Shown here: in pieces, positions 1 through 7,356 of the stretch
Position numbering within the stretch: position 1 is the first letter of the stretch
Layout: each line of letters begins with the position of its first letter
Source of the DNA: a virus
Lineage: Duplodnaviria > Caudoviricetes
Virus record (IMG/VR): IMGVR_UViG_3300005611_000157
Coordinates: 1 to 28,054 of that record
Length of the DNA: 28,054 nt
Strand: one strand, 5' to 3'
Translations under genes and position numbers: made by a program
Notes under the pieces: generated by a model
Databases searched by the model: none
The model's input: only the letters and a program-made list of their open reading frames with translations
Told to the model about the DNA's origin: nothing

Positions 1-10
1 TCGGATTCCG

Positions 11-19
11 TGCTAGCAT
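11..19 (+). promoter_or_regulatory. Extended -10 promoter (TG-c-TAGCAT), probably giving a leaderless or near-leaderless HTH transcript
   Basis: TGnTAnnnT ends 8 nt before ATG 28. There is no SD, and the same geometry occurs at 7785 and 8049. Confidence 0.5.
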
Positions 20-27
20 GACCCACC

Positions 28-303
28 ATGAAGACCAGACATCGCCACAAGGGCCTACGAAACAAGGAGCTTAGGACCGTTCTTGAGGACCTCGGCATGG
101 CTCGAAGAAATCTCGCCGAGACCCTCAAGATCAGCCTGCCGGCCGTCGATCACTGGGTCGCAGGCCGGCACAGACCGCCAGCGCACCGCCTACTCGCGCT
201 CGCCGATGCAGTCGGACTGACCACCGACGAGCTGCGGACGGTGCTCGCGAACACGGCCCGCAGGTTCACCAGCCGGCGGGCCAGTCCTCGGGAATCGCGG
301 TGA
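28..303 (+). CDS. XRE/Cro-C1-type helix-turn-helix transcriptional regulator
   Basis: LRTVLEDLGMARRNLAETLKISLPAVDHWVAGRHRP...LADAVGLTTDEL matches the HTH_3 pattern. The 3' end overlaps the convergent gene by 38 nt. Confidence 0.85.
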   Translation: MKTRHRHKGLRNKELRTVLEDLGMARRNLAETLKISLPAVDHWVAGRHRPPAHRLLALADAVGLTTDELRTVLANTARRFTSRRASPRESR

Positions 304-2266
304 ACCGCGCGACGAGGTAGGCCGTGGAATAGCTCCCGTCCGGCGCTCCGGCCGCGGCCATCTGGAGACCAGCGATCAGCTTGTCGGCTTCCTCGACGTG
401 ATCACCGATGACCGCAGCCGCCGGCGGGAACACGTCCAGCAGGTGCCGCACCGCGTAGGCCGTGAAGCCCGTCCAGTAGGTCCACGAGCCGCCCTCGACG
501 CGCGTCGCAGCGCACTCCGGCGTGCCTGACACGCGCCACTCATCGGGCAGCGGCAGGCCGTCCCGATCGCCGTCAAAGCAGGCCACGATGAACGGCCACT
601 CTAGGTCGTCCATGTTGCGGTGCGTCCAGTGCATCAGCGTCTGCGTCAGCATCGTCGCCAGCCCGTAGAGCTCGGCGCGGTGCATCTCCGGCACGACCTG
701 CGCTGCCGACAGCAGACCAGCGACAACCGTCGCGTGCTCGTAGGGCGCCGCGGCCCGCATCGGCTCGCCCGTCTCGGGATCAGACAAGGCCCAGCTCGCG
801 TTGCCCTTGATCGTCGCGATCGGCTTGATCGGTCGATCGCCGGGAACGTCCTTGCCTTCCCATGTCCGCAGCACGTTGCGCGCGAGCACGAGGCAAGCCG
901 TCGATGCCTTCTTGCCGGTTGCATCGTCACCGAACAACCACGCGGCCGAAGCCAGCGAGATCATCGGACGGCCGATGCCGCGGGCAGCCGAGTTCGTGCG
1001 GCCGTTCAGCATCTGCGTGTCGGCGAAGTCAAGATCGACCATCATCCGTCGCGTCTCCTCAAGCGCAGGGTCATCCCACAGCGCCAGGAATGCGTCGATG
1101 CCAAGCTCGTCGCAGTGCTGCTCGTCGTCCGTTGTCCGCTTGCTGTGCAGACTGACGCGCGGCAGCTCGCGGTCGAACCAGAGCTTGTCCTTGGTGTTCC
1201 GCCAGTCGATGCGCCGGTTGTGGGTCCTGAACTCCAGGTGATCGTCCACGTTCAGCCGGCTGCCGTCTTCCTCGTAGTAGTGGATCGGTCGCAGCTCCTC
1301 GTCGCTGGCGATCGCGCGCATGACGAGCCACGAATCCGCAACGTTGGATCGGTCGAGGTATCCACCTTCCGCGACACCAAACCGCTGCGTGCCAGCCTGA
1401 TTCGCAGACAACGCCTGAGCGCCCGGACGCTTGTCGTAGAACCCGCCGCTCTGAAGCATGACACGCACGGCCCCCCAGATGTCCGCGCTGTGCTCCCACG
1501 TTGCTTGAGGCATCAGGCCGAACGTCAGCCAGCGGGCGCCGGGCTCATCGCGCGTCATGTATTCCGTGCACATCCCGACAGGCCAAGCCGAGCTCGCGCT
1601 CGATCGCAGGACCTCCTCGAAGCCGTGCTCGCTGCCGGCGGGATCGAACGTCACGCGGAACCACTGCGTCGGCGCGCAGAGCGGATCGGCGAACGTCGGC
1701 AGGCCAGACTTGAAGCCAGCCACCTCGTGCATCTCGCGCAGACCATCGAACGTCACCTCAGGCACGTAGCCATCCGATGATCGCCGCGACCAACGCACCG
1801 CGACATCAACGACCGGGTGCATCGAGCGCACGCGCGTCCAGATCACGACGACACCATCGCCGTCCGACAGGCTCATGCGCCGCAGTTCCTCGGCCTCGTT
1901 TGAGCGGATCAGCTCATCCCGGTAGAACACGTAGCCGAGCGTCCCGATCGTCGGCACGATCTTCTCGGGCACGCTCGGGTGCCGCATGAACGGCGGAGCC
2001 TTGATGCCTTGCGGATCGCGCACGAACGAACCGTGCACGCTGGAATTGGCGAAGATGCCCATGACGCGCACGTTGACGCCCTGCCGGCCTCGCCGGAACT
2101 GCTCAACGACAGGCGAGCGCACGCCCGTCTCCGTCTTGAAGACGAGCCGTCCCTTGCTCTCGTCGCCGAGCTCGCTGTAAACGTCGAGCGGGATCGTGAC
2201 ATCGACCCAGTCAACAGGAACGCCGTCGCCGGCAGGATGCTCCAAGCGGAAGTTGTTGTATCTCAT
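266..2266 (-). CDS. Large hypothetical protein (666 aa): beta-rich N-terminal half, helical C-terminal half; possibly an alpha/alpha-toroid glycan-active protein
   Basis: Long ORF with phage-typical codon usage and an ATGA overlap with the RusA-like gene. Motifs DDEQH..., RGIGRPMISLA and PYEHATVVAGL. The coding call is firm; the function is speculative. Confidence 0.85.
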   Translation of the reverse strand: MRYNNFRLEHPAGDGVPVDWVDVTIPLDVYSELGDESKGRLVFKTETGVRSPVVEQFRRGRQGVNVRVMGIFANSSVHGSFVRDPQGIKAPPFMRHPSVPEKIVPTIGTLGYVFYRDELIRSNEAEELRRMSLSDGDGVVVIWTRVRSMHPVVDVAVRWSRRSSDGYVPEVTFDGLREMHEVAGFKSGLPTFADPLCAPTQWFRVTFDPAGSEHGFEEVLRSSASSAWPVGMCTEYMTRDEPGARWLTFGLMPQATWEHSADIWGAVRVMLQSGGFYDKRPGAQALSANQAGTQRFGVAEGGYLDRSNVADSWLVMRAIASDEELRPIHYYEEDGSRLNVDDHLEFRTHNRRIDWRNTKDKLWFDRELPRVSLHSKRTTDDEQHCDELGIDAFLALWDDPALEETRRMMVDLDFADTQMLNGRTNSAARGIGRPMISLASAAWLFGDDATGKKASTACLVLARNVLRTWEGKDVPGDRPIKPIATIKGNASWALSDPETGEPMRAAAPYEHATVVAGLLSAAQVVPEMHRAELYGLATMLTQTLMHWTHRNMDDLEWPFIVACFDGDRDGLPLPDEWRVSGTPECAATRVEGGSWTYWTGFTAYAVRHLLDVFPPAAAVIGDHVEEADKLIAGLQMAAAGAPDGSYSTAYLVARFTAIPEDWPAGW

Positions 2267-2673
2267 CCCTCAATCTCCCAATCGTGATACCGGACAGTGC
2301 ACCAGCGCACCTGCCGGTCATTATCAAACACGTGACCCTCTATTCCATCCATGATCGACTCGACCACACCGTGCACGTCGCGCTTCGTGTGCTTGCGACC
2401 TCGCTTCGGCTGCGGTCCAAGATCGACCACCTCGACCTCGACGATCTGATCGTCCTCGTGCACGACGATGTGCACGCCGATGTAGTGATCGCCGAAGAAC
2501 GTGCGACCAAACTCGACAAGGTTCATGCCGCGGAAGATCGCGGCCATCTCTGACTGATCGCGCTCGGCGGCCTTGCTCTTCGAGATCCAGCGGCGAGTGC
2601 CGTGCATCCGAATCTCTGATCGGTTCTTGGCGCTCTTCGGAACGAACGGAAAGCGGAGCGTGAGGCGCCTCAC
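2263..2673 (-). CDS. rusA: RusA-like Holliday junction resolvase with a divergent active-site motif
   Basis: N-terminal LRFPFVPKSAKN and C-terminal KRDVHGVVESIMDGIEGHVFDNDRQV, compared with RusA D-x-D-N-x-x-K...D.L.G...DD.QV. GTG start in a GTGA overlap. Confidence 0.7.
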   Translation of the reverse strand: MRRLTLRFPFVPKSAKNRSEIRMHGTRRWISKSKAAERDQSEMAAIFRGMNLVEFGRTFFGDHYIGVHIVVHEDDQIVEVEVVDLGPQPKRGRKHTKRDVHGVVESIMDGIEGHVFDNDRQVRWCTVRYHDWEIEG

Positions 2674-3188
2674 AGAACCGCTACCTCACCATCCCGAAGC
2701 GCGCGCAGACCGTTGGGCAAGATCTCCGCGTATTGCTTCGTCGTTACAGCGATCCAAACATACGAGGCCATCCGGCGCATCGTAGGCACGTCGATGCCGT
2801 CGTAAGTGCGCGTCGCATCGTCGTAGAAGACCTTATTGTGATCGGCAATCTGACGCAGCACAGCCAGCTCGTGATCAGTCAGCCGGCGCTTGCCGGGAGG
2901 ACATGCAGCCGGACCCTTCCTGAACGTCGCGTCCACGATCGTCGTCGTCAGCTTGCTTGCACCTTCCTTCGTGATCGTCGCGACGCGCGTCTTTTTGGTT
3001 GTCACCAACGACACGAGGCCCATCGCTTCGAGGTTCTTCAGCGTGACCAGCGAATGCCTCGTGCCATCGGCTGCACGGTAGTGCGTCGCTGACCCGTCGT
3101 TGATGTATTGCATCTGGCCAAACTGACGCATGACCCCGAGCGCCTTGAGCTGATGATCAGTCAGGCCGTTCCGCTTGCGTGAGACCAT
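2670..3188 (-). CDS. Hypothetical protein with two tandem winged-helix-like repeats
   Basis: Repeats LTDHQLKALG...TLKNLEAMGLV...ATITKEGASKL and LTDHELAVLR...TMRRMASYVWI...AEILPNGLRAL. Start placed at ATG 3188 (TAATG overlap with the MazG-like stop) rather than 3206. Confidence 0.7.
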   Translation of the reverse strand: MVSRKRNGLTDHQLKALGVMRQFGQMQYINDGSATHYRAADGTRHSLVTLKNLEAMGLVSLVTTKKTRVATITKEGASKLTTTIVDATFRKGPAACPPGKRRLTDHELAVLRQIADHNKVFYDDATRTYDGIDVPTMRRMASYVWIAVTTKQYAEILPNGLRALRDGEVAVL

Positions 3189-3481
3189 TAGGAATCCTTC
3201 ATCCAAGTGCCGTTCACGATGCGGCCCTTGCGATCCTTGATCTCGTCCCAGGCAGCCTCAACGCATCGCTCGATCGACGTGCCGTGCTGACGGGCAAGGA
3301 TCGTGAGCACGACGACGATGTCGCCGATCGCATCCACGAACTCATCGCCGTCGTCCTTCAGGATCGCCTGCGCGAGCTCGCCGACTTCCTCCGTCAGCTT
3401 GAGGAACTGATCGCGAGACGTGCAGCCGCCGATGATGTTGCGCGCTTCGGCCCAGGCGCGAATGTTGTCGAAGTGGGTCAT
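3188..3481 (-). CDS. MazG-like nucleoside triphosphate pyrophosphohydrolase
   Basis: WAEARNI...QFLKLTEEVGELAQAILK...DAIGDIVVVL...AWDEIKDRKGRIVNGTWMKD; EExxE...DxxxD metal motif of the small phage MazG-like family. Confidence 0.9.
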   Translation of the reverse strand: MTHFDNIRAWAEARNIIGGCTSRDQFLKLTEEVGELAQAILKDDGDEFVDAIGDIVVVLTILARQHGTSIERCVEAAWDEIKDRKGRIVNGTWMKDS

Positions 3482-4446
3482 GCGTTGGCCTCGTCGAACA
3501 ACACTCGCTCCTCGAACCGTTCCTGGCTTGCCGTCTCAAGGTTGAGCACAGCCTGTCGGAAGTAGCTCTCCTTGAGCTCGACACCGACGCCACGCCGGCC
3601 AGCTTGGACTGCACCGTAGACCTCGCTGCCGACACCCATGAACGGCGTGAGCACCGTCTCGCCCGGGTTCGACCACATCACGACAGCCCTGTCGATCACG
3701 TCAAGCTGCAACGGGTGGACGTGCTTCTCGTCCTCGCCTTCCTTGGCTGACCGATACTTGAGCACGTTGTCGATGCGGATGTCGTCCCACACCGAAGAGG
3801 CATACTGTCTCCAGATCCACTGGCTGAACTGGTTCTTCTTCTGGTCGCCTTGCATTCCACGATAGGTCAGCAGGTCGGCCGGGATCTTCCGCTCGCCGGA
3901 ATAGTGCATCAGGCCGACATCGTGCGTGACCGGAACCGGGTTGTCGCCCTTGCGACGGAACATCAGCAGATAATCGGCGTTCGCGATGCTGCATCGCGTC
4001 GAGTCCTCGCACAGCGTCTTATGGTGCAGGCTCTTCATCATCGTCCGGTTGCGAACCATCAGCGGTTCCTTCCAGATCACGCGGCGCCCGCCATACACGA
4101 AGCCACGCGACTCGTGCTCTCGGATGATGCGACCCGGCAGATCGAACATTGAGTCGCAGCCAGCGTTGCTGAGCGGGATATCCATGCAGTGCACGGCCGA
4201 GATCCGACCCGGCATAGTGATGCGCTCAATCTCGTCGATGCAATACCCGTAGTGCTCAAAGAACTCGTCATGCGAAATGCAGTTCGACATGTCGTTCTCG
4301 TCGCTGCTGTATTGATACAGACCAGCAAACGGCGGCGAGTAGACCGTCAAATGCACCGAACCCGCCGGCATCTGCTGCATGACTTCAACGCAATCCGCGT
4401 TGTAGATGGCGAACTTGTCGCCGACGACTTGATTCTTCACAACCAT
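3478..4446 (-). CDS. DNA methyltransferase, N4-cytosine/N6-adenine, beta class
   Basis: Catalytic motif IV VYSPPF precedes SAM-binding motif I TPFMGVGS. Also HVHPLQLDVI and GVGVELKESYF. Confidence 0.92.
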   Translation of the reverse strand: MVVKNQVVGDKFAIYNADCVEVMQQMPAGSVHLTVYSPPFAGLYQYSSDENDMSNCISHDEFFEHYGYCIDEIERITMPGRISAVHCMDIPLSNAGCDSMFDLPGRIIREHESRGFVYGGRRVIWKEPLMVRNRTMMKSLHHKTLCEDSTRCSIANADYLLMFRRKGDNPVPVTHDVGLMHYSGERKIPADLLTYRGMQGDQKKNQFSQWIWRQYASSVWDDIRIDNVLKYRSAKEGEDEKHVHPLQLDVIDRAVVMWSNPGETVLTPFMGVGSEVYGAVQAGRRGVGVELKESYFRQAVLNLETASQERFEERVLFDEANA

Positions 4447-5870
4447 TGCGGCACCTCGATCTTCTTCGTGTATTCGTTCGTCTTCTCGATCTTCATCGCG
4501 TCGTTCATGTGAGTGATAAGTAGCTCAAACATCTGCGCTGCCTTGTCGGCCTTGGCTCGCATGTTGGCGAGGACTCTGGACTCGCCTTCCGTTGCGATCA
4601 CGTCAAGCATCACCGGGCGCTTCTGACCGAAACGCCAGCAGCGCCTGACGGACTGGTAGTATTGCTCGTAGCTGTGCGACGCGAACGTCACGACGTGCGC
4701 GCAGTGCTGCCAGTTCAGACCCCATGCGCCGATCTTGGGCTTGATGACCAGCACCCGAAGGTCGCCAGATGCGAACGCTTCGTAGAGCTCGATCTTGCGC
4801 GCGTCCGGCGTCCTGCCGGCAACCTGCTGCGCGTCCGGGATGATCTGCTCAAGTAGATCGGCCTCTGCGTTGGTGTGACACCAGACGACGGCCGGCTCGC
4901 TGTGATCGACAAGGCTTGCCGCGAACTCGCAACGCTCGTGGATCGTCCGCGATCGCTCCTCGCGCTCCTCGGCAAGACCGAACGCCGGCATGGTGAACAG
5001 CATCCCCTCCGGCGGCGTCGCAGCCTTGATGATGTGATCGCGCTCGGTCAGCGGTGGCAGCAGGAAATTGCGGTTGTCAAAGCCAAGATCGGACGGCATC
5101 CGACAGGCTCGCGCCCATGACGAGACCCAGCGCCAGAAGTGATCATGCGCGTGATGCTTGATGCGCCACTGACCGATCGTCTGTGACACGCGGAACGCGA
5201 GCTTCTTGTAGTAGTTCGCGTCGGCCTTGATCGCCTTCTCTGCTTCGGCCTGTAGCTTCTCCTCGCGCTTCTGGCCCTTGTCATCGAGCTGGCGAAAGAA
5301 CCGGCGCAGCATCTCGCTGTAGCTCAACTCGCCAAGTGCCTCGCTGGACGTGCCGAGTTCGGTGTAGTCGTTGGGTGCCGCCGTCGCAGTGCAGAGCAAC
5401 CGATACGGGAGCTTCGTCATGAAGCGCGTGATCGCCTTCCTCGTCGCTCCGCTAAATGACTTGAGGATCGAGGACTCATCGCAGACGACCGCGCCAAAGT
5501 CCTCGGACTGGAACAGGTGCAGCCGCTCGTAGTTCGTGACGACGATCCGGCCGGCAACCGCGCCGTCCGTCGAGCGCACGCACTCGATGCCGAACTTCTC
5601 GCCTTCGCGCACCGTCTGTGAGGCAACGGCCAGCGGCGTCAAGATTAGCACGGGCTTGCCGGTGTGCTCGGCAACGTTCTGTGCCCAGACAAGCTGCATC
5701 GCAGTCTTGCCGAGACCACAGTCGGCGAAGATCGCAGCACGACCCTTCTGCACAGCCCACGTGACGAGCTCGGCTTGGAAGTCAAACAGGCTGTCCGGCA
5801 GGAACGTTGGCTCAAAGCCGTGCATGGCACCTTCGTGCCGCTTCCGATCCAAGAACTCTGCGTAGTTCAT
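4437..5870 (-). CDS. SF2/SNF2-type DNA helicase (phage helicase-methylase-associated family)
   Basis: LFDFQ Q-motif, Walker A ADCGLGKT, Walker B VCDESS, motif III CTATAAPND, motif VI QSVRRCWRFGQ. Confidence 0.92.
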   Translation of the reverse strand: MNYAEFLDRKRHEGAMHGFEPTFLPDSLFDFQAELVTWAVQKGRAAIFADCGLGKTAMQLVWAQNVAEHTGKPVLILTPLAVASQTVREGEKFGIECVRSTDGAVAGRIVVTNYERLHLFQSEDFGAVVCDESSILKSFSGATRKAITRFMTKLPYRLLCTATAAPNDYTELGTSSEALGELSYSEMLRRFFRQLDDKGQKREEKLQAEAEKAIKADANYYKKLAFRVSQTIGQWRIKHHAHDHFWRWVSSWARACRMPSDLGFDNRNFLLPPLTERDHIIKAATPPEGMLFTMPAFGLAEEREERSRTIHERCEFAASLVDHSEPAVVWCHTNAEADLLEQIIPDAQQVAGRTPDARKIELYEAFASGDLRVLVIKPKIGAWGLNWQHCAHVVTFASHSYEQYYQSVRRCWRFGQKRPVMLDVIATEGESRVLANMRAKADKAAQMFELLITHMNDAMKIEKTNEYTKKIEVPQWL

Positions 5871-6655
5871 GGCTGATCTCCCTGCAAAGCAGAAACGTAA
5901 ACAGGCACAAGCGAAGATGCTGACTGTCCGAAATTGTCAACTCGACCAGTATCAACTTTCTCCATGCGAAACTTGATTGGCGGGAATCTGTTTGGGTCAA
6001 CGTCCCTCGTCTTGAGAACCGATAGACATCGGGCGATGTCGTTTCTGTATGGAGAGTGAATCGCTAACACAGAATCTGCTGTGTATGCAAGTAAGTCATA
6101 TGCTTCCACGTTGTAAATGGTCGGAAACCCAACGACGCCCGGTTCGAGGTAATCAACCAGGATCACGCATAGATCCATCTGGGCAAGCATCCTGACGACT
6201 TCGTGCTTCCTCTTGCTGTCACCAAACCGAGCACACAGAACTTCAAGCGAGTCGATGACAAGCACCTTGTCATGCCCAGACATCTGCGTAATGACGTTTG
6301 CTATGAACTCACATACATCTTTTTCCTTTGGGTAGTCGCAGAATGCGAAATAGAACCCATCAATCGACTGGCGATCATTTGCTTCGAGCCAAGCAAGAAC
6401 CCGTGATACCATCAAAGCACACTTGTCAGTGCATATGTAAACCACGTTGGAAGACCCCTTGAGCTTGTGACCCATCCATTGCCTAGAACCACTAGCCAGC
6501 CGAGCGGCAAGGTCAAAAGTCACAAACGAAGTCCCGACACCATGATCGCCGACAAGAGCGACAACGCCTGACGCTGGCACCAATCCATAAACAAACCAGT
6601 CACGCAAAGGCTCTTGCAGCGGCTTGTTGATATCCATCAGCGTAACCCATTTCAT
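5867..6655 (-). CDS. RepA/AAA_25-like (RecA-fold) helicase homolog with degenerate catalytic motifs
   Basis: WFVYGLVP...VALVGDHGVGTSF (Walker A without Lys), VVYIC, LVIDSL (Walker B) and LKTRD. ATGA overlaps at both ends. GC visibly lower than the flanks. Confidence 0.72.
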   Translation of the reverse strand: MKWVTLMDINKPLQEPLRDWFVYGLVPASGVVALVGDHGVGTSFVTFDLAARLASGSRQWMGHKLKGSSNVVYICTDKCALMVSRVLAWLEANDRQSIDGFYFAFCDYPKEKDVCEFIANVITQMSGHDKVLVIDSLEVLCARFGDSKRKHEVVRMLAQMDLCVILVDYLEPGVVGFPTIYNVEAYDLLAYTADSVLAIHSPYRNDIARCLSVLKTRDVDPNRFPPIKFRMEKVDTGRVDNFGQSASSLVPVYVSALQGDQP

Positions 6656-6882
6656 CGCCGCCTCTCCTCGATCAGCCGGGCCGTGACCCAGCAGCCGATC
6701 ACGAGGCCGGCAGCTGCCGTCAGGATGCGGACGAGATCGTCGCCCCAGATGAACAGCGGCAGCACGAACGCGGCCAGCGCCACATAACCGACGACCCAGG
6801 CCGAGTCCTCGATCTCCTTCGCGCTGCGACCCTGTCCGCCCTTCACCAGCGGCAGATCGTCATCGAATGTCTTCCGGCACAT
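6652..6882 (-). CDS. Small membrane protein with two predicted TM helices
   Basis: Hydrophobic segments AWVVGYVALAAFVLPLFIWG and ILTAAAGLVIGCWVTARL. Start placed at ATG 6882, which has GGAGGT 8 nt upstream. Confidence 0.7.
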   Translation of the reverse strand: MCRKTFDDDLPLVKGGQGRSAKEIEDSAWVVGYVALAAFVLPLFIWGDDLVRILTAAAGLVIGCWVTARLIEERRR

Positions 6883-6938
6883 CAGCACACACCTCCACAT
6901 CAGGCATCTCCACACAGATCACAGAAGAGTGACTACCC

Positions 6939-7065
6939 GCCGGCCGTGCAGCGCCCCGAAGGTTGCATCGACACGTGATGCCAAGACAAGCACGGCCGGC
7001 AGGCAGCGCCCGGAACACCCGGGCTGACCCCAGCTCACCGCCACGCAGCAGGCTCGCTGAAGCTG
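6939..7065 (-). ncRNA. Putative structured leader or cis-regulatory RNA of the leftward operon
   Basis: Perfect 11-bp stem 6939-6949/6990-7000 encloses two small hairpins, one with a C(UUCG)G loop on the minus strand. Further stems at 7008-7024 and 7031-7065. Confidence 0.4.
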
Positions 7066-7142
7066 ACACAACCCCTACCCATCGACCCCCAGAACGGCCA
7101 GCCGAATCCTAGCTTTTTCTCGGATTCTGAACCCAGGCCGGA

Positions 7143-7347
7143 ACCGTCCCACCAACCGGCCGGCAGTGGCATGGTCGGCACCGTTCCACCCTACCGTTTC
7201 ACCGTTTCACCGCGTGGAACGGTTGTGGGACGAGTTATCCACAACGAGTGAAACGGTCGGAAGCCAAGTAGCCACAAGGCATTGCGGCCGAAATCGAGTG
7301 GCGACCGTTCCAACCGTCCCACGTAGGCTCGAAACCAGTGAAACGGT
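7143..7347. repeat. Iteron-like array: nine copies of ACCGTYYCA
   Basis: Forward copies at 7143, 7180, 7193, 7201, 7304 and 7313. Reverse copies at 7215, 7249 and 7339. Confidence 0.85.
7235..7243 (+). promoter_or_regulatory. DnaA box (perfect TTATCCACA)
   Basis: Exact match to the high-affinity DnaA box, located inside the iteron array. Confidence 0.6.
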
Positions 7348-7356
7348 TGTGGAAAA
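7348..7356 (-). promoter_or_regulatory. DnaA box variant (TTTTCCACA on the minus strand)
   Basis: Matches TTWTNCACA. It abuts the last iteron and precedes the AT-rich tract. Confidence 0.5.

Noticed and set aside
620-1780. 386-aa plus-strand ORF, and similar long antisense ORFs (16606-17727, 14351-15298, 26703-27749, 10832-11668)
   Set aside because: These are shadow frames of real high-GC genes. They have Arg/His/Val/Ser-skewed composition and no motifs, and they lie opposite well-supported CDSs.
3188-3481. Z-base (2-aminoadenine) or other base-substitution pathway suggested by the MazG-like gene
   Set aside because: No PurZ, DatZ-like HD phosphohydrolase or DNA polymerase in the window. 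Strong restriction-site avoidance also argues that the DNA remains cleavable.
6878-6915. Short direct repeat giving MWRCLMWRCV at the start of the listed 87-aa ORF
   Set aside because: The repeat contains the SD (GGAGGT) for the ATG at 6882, so it is more likely untranslated leader than a coding repeat.
6939-7000. Hammerhead ribozyme or tRNA in the three-way junction
   Set aside because: No CUGANGA/GAAA core on either strand, and no T-loop, D-loop or four-arm cloverleaf.
7143-7347. Possible CRISPR or mini-array
   Set aside because: The repeats are only 9 bp, in mixed orientation and irregularly spaced. There are no spacers of constant length and no cas genes.
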